Origin: Deltaproteobacteria bacterium
Lineage (GTDB): Bacteria; Desulfobacterota; Desulfobacteria; Desulfobacterales; JAFDFH01
Length of the DNA stretch: 33,112 bases
Assembly (NCBI GenBank): GCA_019309945.1
Contig: JAFDFH010000001.1
Span: forward strand, 1-33,112
Direction of reading: 5' to 3'
This document shows, one piece after another, positions 9,047-17,543 of this stretch (positions within the stretch are counted from its first letter, which is position 1; each line of letters opens with the position of its first letter). The notes under the pieces are model-generated. The model did not search any database. It was not told the origin of the DNA and worked only from the letters and a program-made list of their open reading frames with translations. The position numbers were made by a program, and so were the translations under genes.

Positions 9047-10786
9047 TTATTCCTTGGGCTTTTCCAGAAGGAAAAGGTGAATATATCTCGAATCGAGGTC
9101 CTTTGCGGCGACGTCGCCATACTCGGTCTCGATTTCTTTAAAAAGATTCTCCAAGGTCTGACCGACTCTTGGGGTGATTTCGTATGGATCAAGTCCGATC
9201 CGCTCTGAAAGCCAATTTAAAAAAGATTCTTTCATGCAAAGGCGGATTTTTGGAGGTTTGCTTTTGGCCGTCCAGAGGTCGTTAAAAAAAGCTCTGAATT
9301 CATCAAGGGTCAGTGGGATCAGCTTTTCGGACGACTTTAAATGATGACGAGCCCACAGCGTCAGAATGAGGCTTTTATAGGTGAGGAACTGGTCCGCACC
9401 TGTCTCTATCTTGATGTTCATTAAAAAAAGCAGCCCGTCAAAGGCAATGATTTCATCGAGTACGTCTTCAGTCGCCTTAACTTCACTGAGGCCTAAAAAT
9501 TCCCGGTACAGCCCCCCTGTTCGGTAATTATCAAAATACAACGGTTTTTTTATAAGGAGACCGCCAAGCACCCCTATCCATTCTTCGCCCCAGAAGCTCA
9601 GCGGCAATTCCTGTTTTACAAACCAGCTTTTTACCCGCCACTTTTCAGCCCGCCATTTCACCTCCAAGGATAGCCCGAATCCGACCCGAAAGATAGCGGA
9701 AAGTGGAAACTTTTGGATAAGTGCGGCGGTAAAGCCCGGGCCCCGTTTTTTGTATGTGGGTGCCAGTCCTTCAAGGCCGATGCTGATGTAGCCACAGGCT
9801 TTCTTAACTATATTTTTTAATTCCGCCCGGCCCCTTATCGTTTTTTGGTCGGCAGCAATGATCTGATTACAAAGGCCTGCAAATTCGGTTTGGATCTGGT
9901 GCAGCATCTGATTCGTATCGATTAATTTCAAGGCGCCGGCAAAAAGATTATCTTCTTCCAGCATGCCACCGTGGTAGAGGGGAACCGGAAGGAGCACTTC
10001 CTGGTTTGAGTTCACTTTAATGGATTTTATTCCCTGATTCTCAAGGTCATCGGGGCTTAACGGCTGGTAAATGCCGATGGCTTCGTCAAATGGCAGGAAT
10101 CCCTTTTCCCCCAAGCGCACATTCCTTAGCCGATAAGCTTCTTCTTCCGATTCAGCCGGGATAATGTTTGAAGACTCTAACAGGACGTTCTGATAAACAG
10201 AGTAATCAAAACCGGCGAGACGCTCTAAAAACTGTGACAGGAATTCTTCCTGATGGGTCTTACGAATGCTGCCGTCCGGTTCTGGAACCAAAGGGTCTTT
10301 TATAAATCTGACATAAAACGTGTCATCGTAAGTGAAAAAGTCTTCACCAAACTCAGACGGATCCTGATCATGATCTCGAATCCTGACTTCAATGGTTTTA
10401 AAAAGGTAGTGTTCAATGAAGTCGCTTTTTTCGTTGATGGCCCATTGAACAAGGCGATTCGGGTCGGCTTTAAGGAGCAGATGAAGCCAGCGGGTAACCG
10501 AACTTATTTCAAGCCGATCTTTTTCCCACGTTTCGATATCGAGTATATACGCCCACTGCCGGTTGGACGCCAGGGACAGCAGTTGAAGAGAATCCTCGGG
10601 CCCGATATCATGGATCAGAAAATAAAGATCTTCTTCCGAACAAGAATGAACCAAGGCTGCAGGCTGGGGCGAATCGAGGATCGCGTCCAGGGCCTTTTCC
10701 GGAGGCAGGCCAAGAATTTTTTTTCTTTGTCGGAGTAAATTTTCGGCTCGCTCGATGGCGAGCTTCTGTTGGATGTCGGTGTTCAT
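9047..10786 (-). CDS. Conserved hypothetical protein (579 aa, soluble, no recognisable catalytic motif)
   Basis: Long uninterrupted ORF with normal composition. It is tightly packed, 5 nt downstream of ampG and 75 nt upstream of recQ on the same strand. I cannot assign a family from sequence alone. Confidence 0.6.
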   Translation of the reverse strand: MNTDIQQKLAIERAENLLRQRKKILGLPPEKALDAILDSPQPAALVHSCSEEDLYFLIHDIGPEDSLQLLSLASNRQWAYILDIETWEKDRLEISSVTRWLHLLLKADPNRLVQWAINEKSDFIEHYLFKTIEVRIRDHDQDPSEFGEDFFTYDDTFYVRFIKDPLVPEPDGSIRKTHQEEFLSQFLERLAGFDYSVYQNVLLESSNIIPAESEEEAYRLRNVRLGEKGFLPFDEAIGIYQPLSPDDLENQGIKSIKVNSNQEVLLPVPLYHGGMLEEDNLFAGALKLIDTNQMLHQIQTEFAGLCNQIIAADQKTIRGRAELKNIVKKACGYISIGLEGLAPTYKKRGPGFTAALIQKFPLSAIFRVGFGLSLEVKWRAEKWRVKSWFVKQELPLSFWGEEWIGVLGGLLIKKPLYFDNYRTGGLYREFLGLSEVKATEDVLDEIIAFDGLLFLMNIKIETGADQFLTYKSLILTLWARHHLKSSEKLIPLTLDEFRAFFNDLWTAKSKPPKIRLCMKESFLNWLSERIGLDPYEITPRVGQTLENLFKEIETEYGDVAAKDLDSRYIHLFLLEKPKE

Positions 10787-10791
10787 TTATA

Positions 10792-12096
10792 TTAAGCCGT
10801 TAAGGTTGTTTTTAAGTGCCACGGAGCAAATTTCAGCAGCAGCAGCATTCCAGGAATGGCGATCAGGGTGCATGCGATAAAAAAACCTTCCCATCCGAAA
10901 TTCTTTGCAAAAAAACCGGTCGGAGCCGAAGCCATCACCCTGGGTACACCCATGAGGCTCGTAAGTAATGCGTATTGCGTTGCGGTAAATTTTTTATTCG
11001 TAATGCTGGCCATGAATGCGACATAGGCAGCTGTCCCCATTCCACTACTTAGGTTTTCAAAGGAGATCACGCCCGCCAGGACAGAAACACTGTGACCGAT
11101 CCTCGCCAGAATCGCAAAGCAGGCTGTCGACAGGGCCTGAAGGAAACCGAAAATCCAAAGGCTTCGGTTGATTCCCATACGAAGCATGAATACCCCACCC
11201 ATCAGGCTTCCGATGATGGTAGCCCAGAAACCGAAAAGTTTAACGACTGCACCAATTTCCGTTTTTGAAAATCCGATTTCAAGATAAAAGGGCATCGTCA
11301 TAGCACTGGCCATGGTGTCGCCGATTTTGTAAAAGAGTATGAACGCCAGTATCCAAATGGCACCCCGACGACTGAAGTATTCCACCAGGGGATCAAACAC
11401 AGCTTCATGTAAGTTTTTTGGGGTTTCGACCGAAATCTCAGGTTCCGGTGCCAGAAGAGTGGTCAGAACACCGGGCAACATACATGCGGCCATTATCGTA
11501 TAGACCCAGGCAAAGGGTATATGGTCGGCCATAATCAGCCCGCCGCCGGAAGCCAGCAGCATCCCCATCCGGTATCCGTTGACGTACAGCGATGATCCCA
11601 GGCCCAATTCCTCATCGGAAAGATCTTCCCGGCGGTATGCATCCACCACGATGTCCTGGGAAGCACTGCAAAAAGTAACCAGAAAAGCAGCGAATGCCAC
11701 CATCCATAAGCTTTTTCCCGGATCAGTAAACCCTAAACAAATAATGGAAAAGATCAAGGCCAATTGAATGACCAGAAGCCATCCTCTCCGGCGGCCTAAA
11801 AAAGGCAACGTAAAGCGATCCAGGAAAGGTGCCCAGAGGAACTTCAGCGTGTAGGGAAGACCCACCAGAGCCATCATGCCGATGATGGTTAGATCCACTC
11901 CTTCTTCTTTCATCCAGGCCTGCAAGAGCGAGATGGTCAAAAGAAGGGGCAGACCACAGGCAAAGCCCATCAAAAGCGCCACAAGCATGCGGCCGCTGAA
12001 AATTACTTTGACAATGGCTTCGCGGTTTTCAGATCCTGCCAGGGGGTTTTGATTTTTGCGATTTGAAACTTTAGATAATCGCGATCCGTAGCGCAT
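10792..12096 (-). CDS. ampG: AmpG-family MFS muropeptide permease
   Basis: Polytopic MFS protein with the AmpG-type N-terminal signature LKFLWAPFLDRF...PFLGRRRGWLL. Confidence 0.8.
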   Translation of the reverse strand: MRYGSRLSKVSNRKNQNPLAGSENREAIVKVIFSGRMLVALLMGFACGLPLLLTISLLQAWMKEEGVDLTIIGMMALVGLPYTLKFLWAPFLDRFTLPFLGRRRGWLLVIQLALIFSIICLGFTDPGKSLWMVAFAAFLVTFCSASQDIVVDAYRREDLSDEELGLGSSLYVNGYRMGMLLASGGGLIMADHIPFAWVYTIMAACMLPGVLTTLLAPEPEISVETPKNLHEAVFDPLVEYFSRRGAIWILAFILFYKIGDTMASAMTMPFYLEIGFSKTEIGAVVKLFGFWATIIGSLMGGVFMLRMGINRSLWIFGFLQALSTACFAILARIGHSVSVLAGVISFENLSSGMGTAAYVAFMASITNKKFTATQYALLTSLMGVPRVMASAPTGFFAKNFGWEGFFIACTLIAIPGMLLLLKFAPWHLKTTLTA

Positions 12097-12119
12097 AAGG
12101 CAGATCCGGTGTCCGGATT

Positions 12120-14093
12120 CTATTTTCCGGTTCCGTAATTTTCAAGCTCCGTGGGCGTGACAATCGGACCATACGTGTCTCTCAGGGCCTTCAGACCTTC
12201 ACGCTGTTCATTGAGAACTTCGAATAATTTTCCAGGAACGCTTTTTTCTTTTCCATAGGCTTCAATCTGCAGATCTATTCTGCCGATGATATTATCCACA
12301 TACAAAGAAAACTGTTTTAGATAGAGCTCTTCTGTATATTCTTTATTGATTATGGTATGAAAAAGCGCTTTAAGATCTTCAAACTTTGGAAGGTCCCCAA
12401 TCGGTGTCCGAATCACATCTACCTCGTTGTGTGCGATCCTGTCCAGCCAGGACAACCAGACCTTTACGTCTCTTTTCTCTCCAATCAGGTTCTTTGAAGA
12501 CCCCCCTCGGGCTTCTTCCGTCAGGAAGTAATTCAAGCCCGCCATCACCGGTTTTTTATCAGCCGCAATTTTGGGGCTTCCAAAAAATTTAAACTGGGCG
12601 TCCATATAGTCGCCTAGTGCACCGGGTATAAAGGGCGCATTGGCCCAGGGCGCCCGTTTAACACCGGTAGCGCCGACTTCCGTGGCGGTTGCTGCAGATA
12701 CGATGGAAGCACCAATGGTAACGCCATGATCTGGATTCTTCGTTGCCCATACCGGCGGCATGGTGTCACTATCTCTGCCGCTGTAAGTAATCACTCTTGT
12801 TCCCACACCTCTGGGATCCTCGGCCTTTTCAGAATAATTTCCCAGGGCGGTTGAAGCAAGGGTGCATCGCGCATTAGGATGGGATATGGGAATCGCCTTT
12901 CCGTTTTCATCGACTTGCCCTGCTTCCCAGGGGCCTTGAAAATTCCTTCCTTTAACCGGCGGCTCCTCACCATTACCCGTCCATTGAGGGATACCGTTTT
13001 CATCAATCAATAGATTCGACCATATGACTTCGGTTCCGGGTTCCCTGAGGCATTCCATAAGCATTGGATCGCCTTCCCGGTTTACATCCTCCACAATGCC
13101 AAATATACCGCATTCGGGATTAACGGATCGGATGCTGCCGTCTGGGTCAATCCACATTTGGGCCAGGTCATCGCCGACAAAATGGTTGCCAACCATCGCG
13201 GTAGTCGTCTTGCCGCATCCACTGGGGGCCGCGCCGGCGATCCATGTCGTCCGCCCACCGGGTCCTTCAATTCCGGTAATGAACATATGTTCCGAAAGTT
13301 CGGTGCCTCTGTTTTCGTAAATGGATTTATCCACGGCAAAGCGATGATTCCCCTTTTTGAGCAATAACGTATTCCCGGCATAGGTACACTTAAAGCTGTA
13401 GGTGGTTCGGTAACTTCGATCCATCATTACCCGGGCATCCGGCAAATCTTCGGGTCGGTTTAAACCTTCGCTGTGGATGTTGGTGAAGAAATGGTTCGCA
13501 CGACCAACCTCTTTATCAAAATCGTTAAATGCATTCCGGTACAAAATTTCGGCGCTGTGGGACACATAGGTGGAGCTGGTAATTTCCAGGGCCGGGTTAG
13601 ATACAGGCGCGCCAATAGGACCTCGCACGTAGAACCCAACCATCATCGTTTTGCCATGCATAATACCCGTCATTTGATCCCGAACGATTTCAAGAGCTTC
13701 GCTCCTCAGCAGTTGCTTTGCCAGAGAACTTATATCTTCGCCTTCATTGGCGATATAAAAGGTACGGTCGACAATTCGACCCTGTTCCTCCTTTAAATCA
13801 AAATGAATGGTATGGTCCGGCATGGGAAGCGGGGCTTCCTCTCCTTTTTTAAGGGCCATAGATCGGATATGCTGTCGATCTTCTTTGGATCCGGTATTGA
13901 TAAAAACCGTATCCGGTTCACACATTGTGATTGCATTCGCTACTTTCAGGAGGACTTCGGGGTGGTTAATTCGTTGTATTTTGGCCAGATTGACTTCATC
14001 CAGCTTTTCTTTAAAAAGTGCCATTGTCGCCTCGTGTGAAGTAATCCCCCCGATTTCAACGACGATGTCTATCCCTTTTTTTAATTCCAGCAT
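12120..14093 (-). CDS. pckG: Phosphoenolpyruvate carboxykinase (GTP)
   Basis: 657 aa with a kinase-1a P-loop-like motif, GAAPSGCGKTTTAM. Overall layout resembles GTP-dependent PEPCK. Confidence 0.8.
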   Translation of the reverse strand: MLELKKGIDIVVEIGGITSHEATMALFKEKLDEVNLAKIQRINHPEVLLKVANAITMCEPDTVFINTGSKEDRQHIRSMALKKGEEAPLPMPDHTIHFDLKEEQGRIVDRTFYIANEGEDISSLAKQLLRSEALEIVRDQMTGIMHGKTMMVGFYVRGPIGAPVSNPALEITSSTYVSHSAEILYRNAFNDFDKEVGRANHFFTNIHSEGLNRPEDLPDARVMMDRSYRTTYSFKCTYAGNTLLLKKGNHRFAVDKSIYENRGTELSEHMFITGIEGPGGRTTWIAGAAPSGCGKTTTAMVGNHFVGDDLAQMWIDPDGSIRSVNPECGIFGIVEDVNREGDPMLMECLREPGTEVIWSNLLIDENGIPQWTGNGEEPPVKGRNFQGPWEAGQVDENGKAIPISHPNARCTLASTALGNYSEKAEDPRGVGTRVITYSGRDSDTMPPVWATKNPDHGVTIGASIVSAATATEVGATGVKRAPWANAPFIPGALGDYMDAQFKFFGSPKIAADKKPVMAGLNYFLTEEARGGSSKNLIGEKRDVKVWLSWLDRIAHNEVDVIRTPIGDLPKFEDLKALFHTIINKEYTEELYLKQFSLYVDNIIGRIDLQIEAYGKEKSVPGKLFEVLNEQREGLKALRDTYGPIVTPTELENYGTGK

Positions 14094-14110
14094 ATTTGAC
14101 TCTCCTTTAT

Positions 14111-14698
14111 TTATAGAAAATTGATGATAATATCACTTAAATTTCTTTTGGGCACATGATGGATGCCTTCATTGTCGCGCCAGTATTTGATATCATTATC
14201 CGGACCGGCATTTTCGATCACCGCTGTTTCTTTGGGTTTTCCAATCGCAAGGACGAGGATTATTTGAAATTGCTTGGGAATTTGAAGGATATCCCTGAGT
14301 TTGGCCCCCTTTACGGATCCAATCATGCAACCTGCAAGGCCTTTTTCCCGAGCTCCTAAAAGAATGCTCTGGCCGGCAATACCATGGTCACATCCAAAGT
14401 CTTTGGCAATGACAGTATCTCCAAGGATGATGATATACGCTGATGGTCTTTCACCCTCCTCCGGCCCCGCCCAGTCTTTCAGATATCCGGCCCACCCCAG
14501 GCAAGGAAATATCATGGCGTTCGTTGGGGGATTGGCGCAAAGGATATACTTGAGGGGTTGCAAGTTTGCTCCCGAGGCGGAAAGCCTCGCAAGATCAACC
14601 AGACTTTTTAGCGTTTCCAACCGGATGGCATACTCTTGGTAAAATCGCCGACAGCTTCTGTTTTTTCTGATGAGATCTGAGATCATTTCATTTTTCAT
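14111..14698 (-). CDS. Nitroreductase-family flavoprotein
   Basis: Nitroreductase-like N-terminus (RKNRSCRRFYQEYAI...) and fold-typical length. The longest ORF starts at 14737 but would overlap rdgB by 50 nt. The in-frame ATG at 14698 (11-nt overlap) or at 14686 (just after the rdgB stop) is more plausible. Confidence 0.7.
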   Translation of the reverse strand: MKNEMISDLIRKNRSCRRFYQEYAIRLETLKSLVDLARLSASGANLQPLKYILCANPPTNAMIFPCLGWAGYLKDWAGPEEGERPSAYIIILGDTVIAKDFGCDHGIAGQSILLGAREKGLAGCMIGSVKGAKLRDILQIPKQFQIILVLAIGKPKETAVIENAGPDNDIKYWRDNEGIHHVPKRNLSDIIINFL

Positions 14699-15341
14699 GA
14701 TGGACGAATTTTTCCATAACGGGCATATGCTGATCAATCCAGGTCAGGACTTTTTTAAATTCATCCCGAAGTTCATTGAGTGCCTTTCCCCGGTGGCTTA
14801 CACGATTTTTTTCATTTCGCGTTAATTCCGCAAACGTCTTTTTCAGTGGTGGATAATAGAAAATCGAATCGTAACCGAACCCGTTTGAGCCGGCGGGCTT
14901 TTCAGCGATCAAACCTTCCACCCGAGCCTCATAGGTCAGCGCAGGACCGGTTGGAACCGCAATGGATATAACACATTCAAACGCCGCCTTGCGATTCGTC
15001 TGGCCCTCCATCTCTTTGAGCAGCCTGGCACATCTTTGTTCGTCGCTCGCATTTTCCCCGGCATAACGTGCCGACCGAACGCCGGGCGCACCTCCGAGGG
15101 CTTCTACGATTAGGCCTGAATCATCCGCCAGTGCCGGCAGTCCTAATATTTTTGCCGTAAAGCTTGCCTTTTTATACGCGTTTTCATCAAATGTGCTTCC
15201 ATCTTCTTCTACCGGGGGTATGGGGCCAAAATCCTCCAGATTTTTTATTCCAAAAGGAAAGTCCTCAAATAGATCCCTGATTTCTGCGGTTTTTCCTTTA
15301 TTTCGCGTTGCAATTACAAGAATATTTAAGTTTTGCATCAA
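14688..15341 (-). CDS. rdgB: Non-canonical purine NTP pyrophosphatase RdgB/HAM1 (dITP/XTP pyrophosphatase)
   Basis: N-terminal signature LVIATRNKGKTAEI, plus DDSGL, FGYD and SHRGKA motifs characteristic of the RdgB/Ham1 family. Confidence 0.9.
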   Translation of the reverse strand: MMQNLNILVIATRNKGKTAEIRDLFEDFPFGIKNLEDFGPIPPVEEDGSTFDENAYKKASFTAKILGLPALADDSGLIVEALGGAPGVRSARYAGENASDEQRCARLLKEMEGQTNRKAAFECVISIAVPTGPALTYEARVEGLIAEKPAGSNGFGYDSIFYYPPLKKTFAELTRNEKNRVSHRGKALNELRDEFKKVLTWIDQHMPVMEKFVHHEK

Positions 15342-15586
15342 AGCCTCAGCAGATCATCGCAAAACGCCCTCTTTCGTCTAATTTCAGCTTCAGACAAAAT
15401 TTTAAGCCCTCGAAATATTCGATGTATTCATTCGGTTAACCCGCCTTAGGAGCGTTAAAATGTTCACCTTGTTTGAAAGTAAACGAAATTAAGCAGTTTT
15501 AAAGAGTGTCCTCAATTCATAAAAAAATTCTGATTCAGTTCTTAGAAAACGGCCTGTTCTTGAAAAAAGGGTGCAAAGCTTGAGAA

Positions 15587-15602
15587 ATGATTTATAAATC
15601 AT
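15587..15602. promoter_or_regulatory. Perfect 16-bp palindrome ATGATTTATAAATCAT (candidate operator) next to a TATTAT -10-like hexamer
   Basis: The sequence is its own reverse complement. TATTAT is at 15605-15610 and TTGAGA at 15580-15585 (19-nt spacing, suboptimal). It lies in the 402-bp divergent region between rdgB (-) and the TrkA-like gene (+). Confidence 0.3.
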
Positions 15603-15743
15603 GGTATTATGTTTGTAAAGGGTTTTAAATGACAAGAGATTTGATAAATATTTCTTTACACTGCAAACCGCGCTGGTATATTAATTGGTGACTGCTCACG
15701 GAGGTCAGAGATTGGCGGAGCTTTCAGGAATCCTGAGGGAAAA

Positions 15744-16445
15744 ATGGAAAATCGGGTCAAGAAATTGAAAAATCATTATATCGTATGTGGCGGGGGTGAG
15801 ACCGGACGACACGTCCTGGCCGAACTCATTAAGAGCAAGGAACATGTTGTTCTGATCGAACAGGATCAGGACAGGATCGAACGATGCAGCTCTACGGGTG
15901 ATCTGCTCTATGTTAAAGGCGATGCAACCGATGATCAAAATCTGCTCTCTGCCGGTATCGATCAAGCTGCGGGGATCATCATCAGTCTGCCGTTTGATAA
16001 AGATACACTGTATGTCACCATGACGGCAAGAATGCTCAACAAAAAAATACGTATCATCAGCAGTATGGTAGATCAAAAACTGGAACCCAAACTTAAAAAA
16101 GCGGGGGCCAATAGTGTGGTATCATCCAATTTTATCGGTGCCTTGCGCATGGCATCTGAAATGATTCGTCCGACCGTCGTTGAATTCCTCGACAGAATGC
16201 TGCGCAGCCGCCATGGAAATTTGAGAATACATGAGATAACGATTTCAGAAAATTCAGATATTGTGGGGAAAAAAATCAGCGAATCCGGATTAAAAGACAA
16301 ATTCGATCTGCTGGTACTTGGAAGAAGACACGCTACGGAAGAAATTGAGTTTAACCCTTCGCACCTGCAGGTAATCGAAGCAGGGATGAAATTAATTGTA
16401 ATGGGAGCAATTGAAAATATTGACAGGGTCAAAAATGCATTCTAA
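15744..16445 (+). CDS. TrkA/RCK-domain potassium transport regulatory protein (TrkA-N + TrkA-C)
   Basis: Rossmann motif YIVCGGGETGRHV at the N-terminus and a C-terminal TrkA-C-like region (ISENSDIVGKKISESGLKDKFDLLVLG). SD-like GAGGGA lies 4 nt upstream of the ATG. Confidence 0.8.
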   Translation: MENRVKKLKNHYIVCGGGETGRHVLAELIKSKEHVVLIEQDQDRIERCSSTGDLLYVKGDATDDQNLLSAGIDQAAGIIISLPFDKDTLYVTMTARMLNKKIRIISSMVDQKLEPKLKKAGANSVVSSNFIGALRMASEMIRPTVVEFLDRMLRSRHGNLRIHEITISENSDIVGKKISESGLKDKFDLLVLGRRHATEEIEFNPSHLQVIEAGMKLIVMGAIENIDRVKNAF

Positions 16446-16448
16446 CTG

Positions 16449-16589
16449 GTGTCCGTCCAGAAACGAGGATTTTTGTTCGAGATCAAGGCCTACGAAGAAT
16501 TTTACCGCAGGCATATTGTTGATATTCCGAGGATAAAATTTTGAGCATAACGCCGAGATCGGGCAAAAAGACCGTTTCTGGATGGGCCC
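16449..16589 (+). mobile_element. Family-1 fold-back repeat (141 bp, MITE/ERIC-like), copy A
   Basis: 17-nt terminal inverted repeat GTGTCCGTCCAGAAACG / CGTTTCTGGATGGGCCC. It is flanked by the direct duplication TAACTG (16443-16448 and 16590-16595). The left duplication contains the TAA stop of the TrkA-like gene. About 94% identical to copy B. Confidence 0.75.
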
Positions 16590-16600
16590 TAACTGGTAGA

Positions 16601-17026
16601 TTATAGCCCAATCAGGCGATCAAGTATCAGTCCGTTAAAACTTTCATTACCCTTTGACATAAAAAACCATCCCAAGTGTGTAAGACACATGCTGCAAATC
16701 GCAATTCTCCAGCTAAACCCCTTGAACCAAGTAAATTCATCTGTGGCAGGTCCGACATACCCGCATCCGCTGACGGATCGAAAACATCCGAGATGGTAAA
16801 TAATGCCTTGAGGGTTTGCAAAGGTGTGTTGATGGGCCCCCTGAACTTCTATTCGCTCAGCAGGACGCGTTAAGATTTGATAACATTGACGGCAACGGAT
16901 GTATTCCCCATTGTCGGGCTCTTTGGGGGCCGTTTCATCCTCAACATAACCTTCGGGCTTTTTAGCATTGGATTTTTCAGAGGGTACTCGAAAAAAATGA
17001 AAAGAATCAATTTCAATGGATATCAT
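16601..17026 (-). CDS. Bacterial cereblon-like protein (CULT / thalidomide-binding domain)
   Basis: CRQC ... W-x5-W-x4-CSMC-x5-W (FTWFKGFSWRIAICSMCLTHLGWFF) reproduces the CULT spacing of two zinc CxxC pairs and the three-Trp aromatic cage. Confidence 0.8.
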   Translation of the reverse strand: MISIEIDSFHFFRVPSEKSNAKKPEGYVEDETAPKEPDNGEYIRCRQCYQILTRPAERIEVQGAHQHTFANPQGIIYHLGCFRSVSGCGYVGPATDEFTWFKGFSWRIAICSMCLTHLGWFFMSKGNESFNGLILDRLIGL

Positions 17027-17060
17027 TTGACGAATACATTCGTAGCACTGTTTAAAATAA

Positions 17061-17136
17061 GGGGTGCAAAACTGGATTTAATAAATTTGAGCCTGACGCA
17101 GAAATCGGGCAAAAAGTGCCGTTTTGCAAAGGTCTC
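17061..17136 (+). repeat. Short family-2 repeat derivative (right half plus degenerate left end), copy E
   Basis: tttgagcctgacgcagaaatcgggcaaaaagtgccgttttgcaaaggtctc matches the right half of copy C (22044-22094) almost base for base. The left end, aaggggtgcaaaa, is only weakly complementary. Confidence 0.5.
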
Positions 17137-17336
17137 GAAGCGATGTCGGGTGGCTTTACACATGTTCAGGGAACACGATTCATACCATTAGCAATTTTGC
17201 CACCGTTTGGGGCTGTGAAACTTGCGTCTGATATACAACTTCATATCTCCAACATACAAGAAACTTTACAAAAAGCAAGGGGTATGTAATAAAAGTAGAT
17301 TGTCATACCTTCTCGATATATTTTTAGATAGTGTCT

Positions 17337-17397
17337 GGAAAAATAGGCCGTCCCGATCAGACTCTGATACGATTATTAACAAATCGGTAATGCTCCC
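17337..17397 (+). repeat. 60-nt conserved element upstream of recN; paralog (inverted) at 28684-28745
   Basis: ggaaaaataggccgtcccgatcagactctgatacgattattaacaaatcggtaatgctccc is about 90% identical to the reverse complement of 28684-28745. It contains the inverted repeats ATCAGA-n-TCTGAT and CGATT-n7-AATCG. Confidence 0.6.
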
Positions 17398-17447
17398 ATC
17401 GAGAAGGGCGATAATTTTATCCACATGAATACATCATCTATTTTGAA

Positions 17448-17505
17448 GATTAAAATTTAAGCCTGACGCGGAGATTGGGCAAACGGGCCACTTCTTTACG
17501 GGCAC
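17448..17505 (+). repeat. Family-1-like right-end fragment, copy G
   Basis: gattaaaatttaagcctgacgcggagattgggcaaacgggcc...gggcac resembles the right half of copies A and B. It ends in GGCAC followed by TAACTA, as at the A and B junctions. No matching left end was found. Confidence 0.4.
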
Positions 17506-17543
17506 TAACTATACGACTTTGATTCTATGCTTTAATTTTTCCT

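Noticed and set aside
17417-17425. Perfect DnaA box TTATCCACA upstream of recN
   Set aside because: This is a single isolated 9-mer. No cluster of boxes, no AT-rich unwinding element arrangement and no dnaA/dnaN context is present. One chance occurrence in 66 kb of two-strand sequence is not unlikely.
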